NCBI GenBank assembly: GCA_020137815.1
Contig: CM035362.1
Coordinates: forward strand, 5,022,001 to 5,086,000
From: Hormiphora californensis
Taxonomy: Eukaryota; Animalia; Ctenophora
Reading direction: 5' to 3'
Length of the DNA stretch: 64,000 bases
Under the pieces are notes generated by a model that saw nothing but the letters and a program-made list of their open reading frames with translations, did no database searches and was not told the DNA's origin. Position 1 is the stretch's first letter, and each line of letters starts with the position of its first letter. Shown here piece after piece: positions 1 through 48,446 of this stretch. Both the position numbers and the translations under genes were made by a program.

Positions 1-900
1 GAACCCCGATTTACCGGAAGGATAAACTTCCCCGATATAGGAAATTAACGGTTTATCACCCCGATATACCGGGCACCCCGATTTACCGGGCAAAACCCTT
101 TCCCCCGAGCATCCCGGTAAATCGGGGTCCGACTGTACATTGTATTGATTACATGATGATTTCTGGTTAGAAAAAGAAATTTTTTTTTCAAAACTTCAAA
201 AAAAGTTATAAAAATTTTCTTAGGTACTATATCAACCACGTCTGAATCGTTTATCGAATCAGTGCATCTTATCGCATGTCTTGCTGCTAATTAGACGGTT
301 CGAAACGAACCGATACGTGATACCATGCCGAATCGAGGCAATTTAAGCGGGTGAGGAAAAATTCGAATTTCAAAATATCTTTTTCTCTGAAAATTAATTG
401 GGAGCACCGATCAAAGCATTGACAATCATTCTGTAAAATTTTGTAAAAAAAAGTTATGAAAATTATATCAACCACGTACGAATCGTGTTTCAAATCAGTG
501 CATGTTATCGCACGTCCTGTCGCTAATTAGACGGTTCGAAACAAACCGATACGTGATCCCCATGGGGCCAGTTTAACAAGCGTCAAAATTGCGATTCGAT
601 GGGCTTCATGGGGATCACATATCTGTTCGTTTCGAACCGTCTAATTACCGGTAAGACATGCGATAAGATGCACCGATTCGAAACACGATTCGGACGTGGT
701 TGGTACACCAAAAAATTTTGGGGGAAATTTATCCTGCCGTTAAATCGGGGTGCCGCTAAATCGGGGGCCGTTAAATCGGGGTCCGACTGTATATAAATAT
801 TCATTTCTGATTCATTTGATAATATTATATTCTGCATGGCAGCTACGAAGCTGAAATCAATAATTCATGACCACTATAATTATCAATTAATTCTCCACAG

Positions 901-33458
<32,558 letters not shown>

Positions 33459-35049
33459 GGTCGATATATTCGGATATAATATGCACTCATGCAGTTGACA
33501 TACCTCGATTTACCGGACTTCGAATACTTTACTGATATTATAAAACCCTTGATCCCCGAGGATTCCGGTTTAATCGTGGCCGAGGTCTGATCACGAATGA
33601 AGGGAATTATTATCTGCTAGATAAACTGTATCATAGTGTAAAGTGTATTTTTCTGAGTTTTTTCTATTGCTTTTAGTTTTACAATCGAAAGTAGAATTGG
33701 TATATTATTTTTCTTATGAGTTGTACAGTCAAATCTTGATATAAATTTGAGGGCCGGAAAGTTCGCCAAATTAAACTTGGAAATAAAAATAAAATGTCTT
33801 GACTGACAAACAGTTTTTATCGAGGTTTGACTGTAATATCTTATCATTTATCTCTTTACCTCTATGTATATTAGTTGTATACATTACTAAGTTAAAGTGG
33901 TTTTGTAATTTCATATTAAGCTTTTTTCCAACAGTTTTAAATTGACTTGGTCTGATTTGTTTCCGTACATTTGTCAGCTGGATCAGCATGAGAATTATAG
34001 GGTCAGGCCAATATGCTCTGACAGGCATTTATCCCATTGTTCGTAGAACTTAGAGGTTCCATGGGAACCATGCGCCCCACAAAACCCCTTTGGCGCACTG
34101 TCACTTTGAGTCAAAGTTGTACGGCGCGGTGACACCGTACCAAGGAACATCGCGCGCGCACCCATTCACATGTTGGGAATGCGCGGGAGCCATAGATTAG
34201 TGCTGGCAAGGGATCTGGTACTAAGAAAGTGCTACGCTCCGAAGTTGTTGAGTATCAACAAGATGTGGCTCACATCACATTTTATTTCACAGAGCGAGCC
34301 GTGTTATACTCATGGTTGCGGAATTGAATGGCCTAAGACAGACTGCTTACCATTTTACCAATGCTCAGATCCATACTCCGCATATGACTATACGGTGTAG
34401 AGACGAGATCTCAGGTGTTTATCTCAACACACTGTTACAGCCGACCTCCGATTTAGCAAAATTCTCTCTCCCGAAACCATCCAGGTAAATCGGGTTGCGG
34501 CCATGTATCAAAATAAAAAGTGGACGATTTGTGGGAAAAATAAAACGGTTCTTTACAACACTAATTGACCTTTTAAAATTGTATACACACACACTTGAAA
34601 CAAACCCAGAAATAAAATAAAAGATAATTAAATATTATTAATATTTAGCAGGAACCGACCGAGACAAGTAAACAACCAATCAGAACTCGTCATTTAGGTC
34701 ACGTGACTGGTTATCAGCCAATCAGGGACCACTATTTCCTGATTCGGTCGGTTCCTGATATTCAGGAACCGACCGAGACAAGTAAACAACCAATCAGAAC
34801 TCGTTATTTAGGTCACGTGACTGGTTATCAGCCAATCAGGGACCAGTATTTCCTGATTCGGTCGGTTCCTGATATTCAGTGAACTAAAAGTAATGTACTG
34901 AAGCGACACATGCATGTTAATTTATCCCTCTAACTGTTCCATGGAAAAGTCTCTATCACAAGTCAGACAACATATTAATTAATATATGTATTCTGGCCCA
35001 GAATTTCTGGTAAAAATCCAAAGATTGGAGACAGTTCTTGGTGTTCAGA

Positions 35050-40458
<5,409 letters not shown>

Positions 40459-40487
40459 GGTGCTATAGATATGGTAATAGAGGTTAA

Positions 40488-40897
40488 GTGATTAGAGTAG
40501 GAGCTGAGTGGAACTGGTTAGTGGTTTGGGTTAGAGGGTTAGTGGTTACTGATTAGAGTAGGAGCTGAGTGGTACTGGTTAGTGGTTTGGGTTAGAGGGT
40601 TAGTGGTTAGAGTACGAGCTGAGTGGTACTGGTTAGTGGTTAGAGTAGGAGTGGCACTGGTTAGTGGTTAGGGTTAGAGGGTTAGTGATTAGAGTAGGAG
40701 CTGAGTGGTACTGGTTAGTGGTTAGAGTAGGAGTGGCACTGGTTAGTGGTTAGGGTTAGAGGGTTAGTGATTAGAGTAGGAGCTGAGTGGTACTGGTTAG
40801 TGGTTAGAGTAGGAGTGGCACTGGTTAGTGGTTAGGGTTAGAGGGTTAGTGATTCGAGTACGAGCTGAGTGGTACTGGTTAGTGGTTAGGGTTAGAG
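40488..40897. repeat. GGTTAG-rich minisatellite upstream of the GALE start
   Basis: GGTTAGTGGTTAGGGTTAGAGGGTTAGTG / AGTAGGAGCTGAGTGGTACT units. Confidence 0.85.
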
Positions 40898-41235
40898 ATA
40901 ACGGTGGAGCAAGCCCAAAAGATGGGGAGGGGGTGTTGCTTAAACCTATGGTGCTGGATACTATAATATTACTCCTGGTATACCATAGTAGTCGGGTAAA
41001 AAGGAAAGGTTCCAGGGTATCATCGAATGAGCTAGTGGGGGGATAATGAAACGAGGAATATATGGATCAGTCAATAAAACAATAAAATAATAAAACGATA
41101 CTACTTGAGGATAAGATAGTTTGGACTGGGCGATGTTATAAAGCAACCACATGAAAATTGTGGCGGTGTAAGACGTGGAGAAGTTTACGTGTGATGAGAG
41201 AGAGAGGAGAAAGAGAGAGATAGAAAGAGAGAGAT

Positions 41236-41280
<45 letters not shown>

Positions 41281-42829
41281 AAGAGAGAGAGATACAAAGA
41301 GCGAGAGAGAAAAAGAAAGAAATCTCGACGTTATTTGGAAGGCCCCACCCACGCAACTGACACCTCCGGAGCATTGGCAACAAACACACACACACACACG
41401 TCGCAGAAAGAAAGACAGAACACAGACACAAAAGTATATTGCTTCCTCCTACAATATCTCTCACAAAGAGAGTGCAATTTGAACTGTGCCTACGTACAAT
41501 GTATCTGATGACGTGTTGTGTGGGGACGTGGATAAAGAGGATAATTTATCTCAGGGATTATGTAGTGGGAAGTGGGAAGATCTCAAATACTAGATAGATA
41601 TAATTATATCACCTATTATAAATATCAGCTATAATGATACACGTCTGTAGGCTCTCAGCTTCGATAGTCCCAGAACTTCAACGGACTATGACGTCATATA
41701 ATTAGTAACCATGGTAACCAATAGCATCCTAGTCATGATGTCACCATCGTGACGTCATATCATCATCGTGACGTCACACATCAATGTGGAGGAGCAGGAG
41801 TTGACTTTGCAGCAATAGTTGCCTCGTCAATTATCTTAAGCAGTTTGCTGCACTGATCTTTCACCCCCATTATACACTTCAAATCGACCTGAAATAATCA
41901 GTGATTTGAAAAATAAAAATTTGGGCCGGAATTAGACGGTCACCATGTTTGCCATATTTCCATGTAAACGGTTTTAGGGAGATTTTAGGGGATGGGACAA
42001 CAGTGTGGAAAACTCCAAAATTTCATGCAAGATTGACTGATCGCACAAAAATGTGGTTTTGTCATATTGTCAGTCTTGCATGAAAGAATGTGGTTGCGAC
42101 ATTTTAATTTTAAATCGGCTGTAGCAAAAAAATAAACAAAATTTACAACGGACCGGAACGAATCCAAGACTCTGAGTGCTAATTAGGTAACAAAGGAGTG
42201 AGAGCAATAATTAATATGTACCAGCTGAGAGGGAGAGAGAGGTAGAGGAGTAGAGAGAGGAGTAGCTTAGAGAACTTGTTACTCTTGATAGGGAGAGAAC
42301 GATCGGAGTCATGAGCGGAGCGATCAGCTCAGGGAGAGCTAATCGAGACTTAATTAAAAATCATCTTCGTAGTGATATACAATTACAGACAGGAAAATAT
42401 TGCACTCTCTCTCTCTCTCTCGGTCCACTACACGCACCACTCCCGCATGGGGCCGTAAGGTCCCATGCGTGAGCAGGGTTAAATCCCCCGAGCCCGGATC
42501 CTGTTGGATCTGAGGGCCCGGAGGGCCTGCGGAGTAAAGGTAGGTAGAACAATGTACATAGGGGTATGTTGAACAATGTACATAGGGGTTAAAGTAAGGG
42601 AAAATATATAAAGGGGAATTAAAGCTCATAGTGACGGAGCAAAAGACCTCCTAAACTATCTGGAAAGAAGCCCAACCATCTGGAACGGAGCCTAAGAAGG
42701 GTCAACTTATCAGGAACAGAAGGAGCAAACCGTCTGAATCTAGGGAAACCTAGGGGCAAGCAGGAACGGGTATAAAGGGTAACAATTAAATAAATTACAA
42801 TAACAGTGGGAGACAGCTCAGGAGGTGAA

Positions 42830-45800
42830 TTACATATCGAGGACCTTCCGGAGCGTGTTCATCGAGTTGAAGAGGACTGACTTTTGGAGCTGTGAGGGGT
42901 ATAATTGGCGGGTTATAGCAGTCAGGTACTTCTCTAGTCGGGGACTGACTCCGCCAAGAGCTCCAATCACGATAGGGATGACCGTGGCCTTTTTAAGATC
43001 CCAAATTCGTGTGATCTCTCTCCGTAATTCTTGGTATTTCTCGATCTTTTCCATCTCCCTGTCCGAGACTAACCTATCTTTTGGTACGGCGACATCAATG
43101 AGTAGTGCCTCCTTCTTTATTTTGTCAAGAAGGACCAAGTCAGGTTTACATGCCTCGATGGGATTGTCCGTCTGTATGTGAAAGTCCCAGAGGATCTTGT
43201 AATTCTCATTCTCGAGAACTTTCTCTGCATAGTGGCTCCACCACTTTGATTCAGCAGGGAATCCGTAGTCCTTGCACATTCCCCAGTGTAGTGCAGCCGC
43301 TACTCGGTCGTGCCTGTGTTTATAGTCCCCGTTGGCCATCTTCTGACATCCATTTAGGATGTGTTCAACAGACTCGTTATGCTGGTTGCATATACGACAC
43401 TTCTCGGACTCTCCAGGTTGCTTCTCTATAGCAGCTTTCAGCCAGTTTGTGCGAGTGGCTTGATCCTGGGCGGCAAATATCTCGGCTTCGGTATATTTGC
43501 TGAGGCTCTCTTTGTTGAGCCAGGCCCAGGTCGCATCAGGGTCGCATCTCCCTTCTTCAAGTTGCATTAGGAATCGTCCATGGAGTGGCTTACTCTTCCA
43601 TTTCTCTATCAGCTGCGTCTCAAGTCTTTCTTTCAGGGTTTCGGCATCTTCTGGGGGTTCCGTCAGCATTCCTTCTTTTCCCATTGCTATTTTAAGTGCC
43701 TTTATCTTGGGATCAGTTGAGTTGTTGAAGAACGTCACTAGCCCTGTTTCTTCCCTTACTATGACGTCTTCAATCCTCTGGAGGCCTCTGCCTCCCATCT
43801 TTCTGCTCACATATAGCCGATCAACGTCGGTGTTGTATTTCAAGAACCCTCTTCTTAGGATCTTCCTGGTTGTCATGTCTAATCCTTTGGCCTCTGTGGC
43901 AGTCCAATCCAGTATTCCGGCACCGTATCGAATCACTGGTATTGCCCACGTGTTAATTGCCACGGCGAGGTTTTTACCAGACAGGTTGGAAGACAGGAGT
44001 TTCTTCACTCTTCTAGTGTATTCAATCATTACCTTGGCTTTCATCTCTTGATGTAGGATCGAGTCAGCCTCCAGGATACCAAGGTATTTATATCCACCAT
44101 CTTCCACTTCCGGGATTGTCTTTCCACTTGGTAGATCTATTCCCTGCATTCGACTCCTGACTCCGTTCACGATGTCTAGTGCTCCACATTTGGATATACC
44201 AAAGGACATGTTAATGTCAGTGCTAAACTTCTCGGTGACAGCTAACAGCTGCTGGAGGTCCTCTTTTGAGCTAGCGTATAGTTTAAGATCGTCCATATAG
44301 AGGCGGTGGTTGATATCAATATCTGTGGCGGGTGCTTCTGGATCAGATATGGTGTAGCCTCTTCCTTGGGCAGCTAGGAGCAAGGACAGGGGGATCAGTC
44401 CAATAATAAAATGTATCGGGGAGACAGAGTCTCCTTGGAAGAGGCCTCTTTTAATGTGGACTTTGCCTAAGGTGGAGCCGGATTGGACTAAATTAACTAT
44501 ACACTGCTGGAACGATGTCTCGAACAGTCTTATGATCTGTGGGTTTATTTTCAGCATTTCCATTGATTTCAGAATCCAGGAATGTGGGATCGAATCGTAC
44601 GCCTTCTGGTAATCAATGAAGGCCATATACAGGGAGGACTTGGTCCGTTTGCAATGACGCAGTATAAGTTTGTCGATTGCCAACTGTTCTTTACATCCCC
44701 TGCTCTTCTTGCGGCAACCCTTTTGCTCTTCAGGGAAGAGTCTGTTTACGTCGAGGTGTAGGTATATGTCTTCTGACAGCATTCCTGTATATAACTTCCA
44801 GAGGTTTGGGAGGCAGGTTATGGGTCTGAAGTTCCCCGGATCGCTCATTCCTTTCTTGGGGTCCTTTAGTAGCAGGTATGTTCTGCCTTCAGTCATCCAT
44901 CCTGGGACCTGGCCTGTAGTAAGACTTTCATTGAGCAGCTCAGCTATCCGTCCATGGAGACAGGTTGTGTGCTTGATCCAGAAGGCATGCAGGCCATCTA
45001 TACCTGGGGACGACCAGTTGGTCATTCCCTTCACACGGGCAGACACTCTTTCCGTGGTGATCTGGAATTCCTCTTGCTGGTTGACCGCCTCAAAGTTCTC
45101 TTGGATGTCATCTAACCACTCCGCTTCAGTGTTGTGGCCTACGTCATTCTCCCATATGTCTTTCCAGAAGTTAAGTGTCCTCGTCTGGTCCTCTGGTGTA
45201 GATTCGTTATAGCCTTTCTTGGGCAGGAGTGGGTATCTTCTATAGATAGTATCTATAGTTTGGAACTTCTGGGTGGTTCCTCTGCTCATTTCGGTCAGCC
45301 TGGAAAGGTCTGAGCGAAGTTTGGCGACACTTTCCTCAAGTCGTCGCAGCCACATCGGTTGCTTGTTCCTTCTGGGGGAGTTACTGGTGGTTTCACTAGG
45401 TGCCTCAATGCCCATTTGTTCTCGGACCACATGTGCCACGGCCATTAGAAGAGTGTTCAATGTGGTGAGGTCTGGGGTTTCAAAGGACTTGATAACCGGG
45501 CTGAGTCTATCAATTGCCACACGTAGCTTCCCCCATGGGACCTGTCTCAGGTCTGTTACTTTGATGGAGCTCGGTTCCTCGAGCAGTTTCTTGAACAGCT
45601 CCCTGATTTCCGGGTTCGGTGATGGCCCTTCCTCCTCCACTGGGTTTGTGGGGGGTTCGATGGCTTCTGGGGGTGGGTTGTCTTCTAGCACAGCCTGTCG
45701 TGCCGATTCAGTTGCTTCACGGTCGGCTATGGCCGCTGTTCTGATTTCCATCAGCTTCTGTGGTGAAAGGAGTCCAGACTGAGTTATAGATCTCAGTTGG

Positions 45801-46324
45801 GATCTAAGCTGGTCATCAGTTTTGGAAGGGTAGGTTGTCTTTGACCACCTTTCCTCCACTCGGTTCCATACTCCTCTTTTGTCCGGTTGTGAGTACGAGT
45901 GGATGAACACGAGCGTAATGTTCATTTCAGTGGTCCATTTCGTTCGTGGCGCTCTAGTTGGGGGTGGTGGTGGGGGTGGGGTGTCGGTGTCCCCATTGGC
46001 CGAGGTACTCGGACCCGCAGTGTTATCATTCACCGTGAGGTCCACTTCCGGGAGTATATTTAGGCCAGATGCTGCTAGCCCTGCTAGCATTCGCTGATCT
46101 GCCATCTCCTGCGGTGTTACCATGTGTCCAGATTTCTCTATTGATCTGAACTGGCTTGAGAGTTTGGCACCTGTTAATGGATCGTGTCCCTTGTCTTCCC
46201 ATAGGCGTTCGAGCCTCTTCCAGGATCCGGATGTGCCTGGATTGCTGCTGTAGTAGCAGTACACCAAGTCTAGGTTCTCTTGCTTAGACCAGACCTTCCT
46301 TGGTTTACGGGTGTTAGTACTCAT
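42830..46324 (-). CDS. R4-clade ORF: duplicated N-terminal Myb-like motif, reverse transcriptase, CCHC finger, restriction-like endonuclease
   Basis: SPGIDG, FRPITCL, FIDYQKAYDS, GLFQGDSVSP, YMDD, CRIC..ESVEHILNGC, RHD, KPD..LIDVAVP..KIEKY. Confidence 0.95.
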   Translation of the reverse strand: MSTNTRKPRKVWSKQENLDLVYCYYSSNPGTSGSWKRLERLWEDKGHDPLTGAKLSSQFRSIEKSGHMVTPQEMADQRMLAGLAASGLNILPEVDLTVNDNTAGPSTSANGDTDTPPPPPPPTRAPRTKWTTEMNITLVFIHSYSQPDKRGVWNRVEERWSKTTYPSKTDDQLRSQLRSITQSGLLSPQKLMEIRTAAIADREATESARQAVLEDNPPPEAIEPPTNPVEEEGPSPNPEIRELFKKLLEEPSSIKVTDLRQVPWGKLRVAIDRLSPVIKSFETPDLTTLNTLLMAVAHVVREQMGIEAPSETTSNSPRRNKQPMWLRRLEESVAKLRSDLSRLTEMSRGTTQKFQTIDTIYRRYPLLPKKGYNESTPEDQTRTLNFWKDIWENDVGHNTEAEWLDDIQENFEAVNQQEEFQITTERVSARVKGMTNWSSPGIDGLHAFWIKHTTCLHGRIAELLNESLTTGQVPGWMTEGRTYLLLKDPKKGMSDPGNFRPITCLPNLWKLYTGMLSEDIYLHLDVNRLFPEEQKGCRKKSRGCKEQLAIDKLILRHCKRTKSSLYMAFIDYQKAYDSIPHSWILKSMEMLKINPQIIRLFETSFQQCIVNLVQSGSTLGKVHIKRGLFQGDSVSPIHFIIGLIPLSLLLAAQGRGYTISDPEAPATDIDINHRLYMDDLKLYASSKEDLQQLLAVTEKFSTDINMSFGISKCGALDIVNGVRSRMQGIDLPSGKTIPEVEDGGYKYLGILEADSILHQEMKAKVMIEYTRRVKKLLSSNLSGKNLAVAINTWAIPVIRYGAGILDWTATEAKGLDMTTRKILRRGFLKYNTDVDRLYVSRKMGGRGLQRIEDVIVREETGLVTFFNNSTDPKIKALKIAMGKEGMLTEPPEDAETLKERLETQLIEKWKSKPLHGRFLMQLEEGRCDPDATWAWLNKESLSKYTEAEIFAAQDQATRTNWLKAAIEKQPGESEKCRICNQHNESVEHILNGCQKMANGDYKHRHDRVAAALHWGMCKDYGFPAESKWWSHYAEKVLENENYKILWDFHIQTDNPIEACKPDLVLLDKIKKEALLIDVAVPKDRLVSDREMEKIEKYQELRREITRIWDLKKATVIPIVIGALGGVSPRLEKYLTAITRQLYPSQLQKSVLFNSMNTLRKVLDM

Positions 46325-46604
46325 GTCGAATAAGATGAGTAAGTTTGGGGGGTGAGTTTCAAACCAATCACTGTGTATACATAGTCATCGGTTTGTTAGA
46401 AGAAGAGCCGGGTTTGGGGGTCTTAACACTGCCACCGGTGCACAGCGGTAACGGAATCCCACCGCCACATTTGGTCCGTTAGTAGATGGTTTTTCCCGGC
46501 CATCCTTGCAGCTTTTCAGCACGAACCGACACTTTCAGCGTTCGGGTGTGTATCTATATGTCTATATGGTGGAACTGGAACGGGGACTTATGTGAAGCAT
46601 TATG

Positions 46605-47425
46605 ATCTAACTGGAACGGGGTAAACTATCCTCTCACTCTCAGGAACAAGGTAAACTATCCTCTCTGGAACGGGGCAACTATCCTCTGTGAAGCGGGGTA
46701 AATTATCCTCTCTGGGACGGGGTAAACTATCCTCTCTGGAACGGGGCAACTATCCTCTGTGAAGCGGGGTAAATTATCCTCTCTGGGACGGGGTAAACTA
46801 TCCTCTCTGGAACGGGGCAACTATCCTCTGTGAAGCGGGGTAAATTATCCTCTCTGGGACGGGGTAGACTATCCTCTCTGGAACGGGGCAACTATCCTCT
46901 GTGAAGCGGGGTAAATTATCCCTTTCGGGACGGGGTAAACTATCCTCTCTGGAACGGGGCAACTATCCTCTGTGAAGCGGGGTATATTATCCTCTCAGGG
47001 ACGGGGTAGACTATCCTCTCTGGAACGGGGCAACTATCCTCTGTGAAGCGGGGTAAATTATCCTCTCTGGGACGGGGTAAACTATCCTCTGTGAAGCGGG
47101 GCAACTATCCTCTGTGAAGCGGGGTAAATTATCCCTTTCGGGACGGGGTAAACTATCCTCTCTGGAACGGGGCAACTATCCTCTGTGAAGCGGGGTAAAC
47201 TATCCTCTCTGGGACGGGGTAGACTATCCTCTCTGGAACGGGGCAACTATCCTCTGTGAAGCGGGGTAAATTATCCTCTCTGGGACGGGGTATACTATCC
47301 TCTCTGGAACGGGGCAACTATCCTCTGTGAAGCGGGGTAAACTATCCTCTCAGGAACAAGGTAAACTATCCTCTCTGGAACGGGGCAACTATCCTCTGTG
47401 AAGCGGGGTAAATTATCCCTATCTG
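46605..47425. repeat. Higher-order tandem array (23-24-bp monomers, 71-bp trimer) in the R4 5' UTR
   Basis: CTATCCTCTCTGGAACGGGGCAA / CTATCCTCTGTGAAGCGGGGTAAA / TTATCCTCTCTGGGACGGGGTAAA cycling. Confidence 0.95.
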
Positions 47426-47678
47426 GATCGGGATCCTATTAATGAAATGGATTAGGGGGTTAGCAGATTAGTATCAGGATTGGTTAGTGGGTTAGTAGAT
47501 AAAGGGGCATCGGAGGTCCACAGGTGGCTGGAAGGTGCCTGTTCCACTGGTAACCCTGAGCCGGAGAAGGCGGGGTAGGAACGTAGTAGTTGGCGATGAT
47601 ACACTGTGGGCCGCCTAGCCAAGAAGATCTTTTTGTGTTTTGTATTTTATGATTTTTTTCCCGTATTTTTGATACACA

Positions 47679-47806
47679 GCCACGCTTAGCCACGGCCACA
47701 CGGACCTGAAAATCGATCAAGGGGAAAAGGGGATGGGGAAAAGGTACTCCGTGTGACCCTGTTGCCCGGGGGAAACCGATAGGAGGTGGTGGCAGGTGGA
47801 CCAACT

Positions 47807-47811
<5 letters not shown>
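47679..47811 (-). ncRNA. HDV-like self-cleaving ribozyme at the 5' end of the R4 element
   Basis: P1 GGGGGAG/UUCCCCC; P2 GCCAC(C)/G(C)GUGGC; P3 ACC/GGU; L3 UCCUAUC; P1.1 GG; J1.1/4 GCAA; P4 CAGGGUCACACGGA/UCCGUGUGGCCGUG; J4/2 GCUAA with catalytic C. Confidence 0.85.
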
Positions 47812-47897
<86 letters not shown>

Positions 47898-48446
47898 TTA
47901 TTAATTATTGCTCTCACTCCTTCGTTACCTTATCACTCGGAGTCTTGAATTCGTTCCTGTCTGTTGTAAACTTTATTCTCTTAAACCTATATTTTTGCTA
48001 CAGCCGATTTAAAATTAAAAAGTCGCAACCACAATTTTTGCGTTAAAATTTATGGAGTTTTTTTGCGATACAGAGCTTCTCTCATTCAGAATGATCTGAG
48101 CAAGGATTAAATATGGAAGAAAATGGAAAAATACTGGGTTTGACCGGGAATTGAACCAGGGACCTTCAGAGGGTCATGCTCGAAGCTTTACCAATAAGCC
48201 ATCAAACTCTTTTTAGGATGTATGTATCATTAAATGTTTGCGATTTGATCTGATAAGAAAGAGAATATGCGATCAATTCCGGTCCTATTTCTGACAGTGA
48301 TAGCTACTGCATCAGGTTAGTGGATAAATTGTGATTAACTTGCAAGACAACTACGCAGCCTTTACACTTTTGTTTTGAAACTGGTTGTTTATTTTATCGA
48401 GCAACTAATCTGCAAAATAATCTTGCTGCAACAATTTGTTTTGCAG

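Larger units (their letters stand above)
42422..47813 (-). mobile_element. R4/Dong-clade site-specific non-LTR retrotransposon, both ends present, inserted in (CT)n
   Basis: Single ORF 42830-46324; (CT)n abuts both ends (42405-42421 and 47814-47894); 5' ribozyme fold; 5' UTR array. Confidence 0.9.
42088..48035. mobile_element. Diverged inverted arms (~42088-42230 and ~47894-48035) of a host TIR element whose internal microsatellite received the R4 element
   Basis: TGGTTGCGAC..TTTAAATCGGCTGTAGCAAAAA..GGAGTGAGAGCAATAATTAAT is mirrored on the right. Confidence 0.65.

Noticed and set aside
40488-40897. Interstitial telomere
   Set aside because: Only isolated TTAGGG within a longer composite unit, no (TTAGGG)n run
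43105-46097. Plus-strand ORFs overlapping the R4 ORF
   Set aside because: Antisense shadow ORFs without recognisable motifs
46350-46400. Hammerhead ribozyme (CCGAUGA...GAAA on the minus strand)
   Set aside because: The would-be core is sequestered in a simple hairpin and stems I/III are absent
46605-47425. CRISPR-like array
   Set aside because: No unique spacers, units are contiguous variants, no cas genes, eukaryotic context
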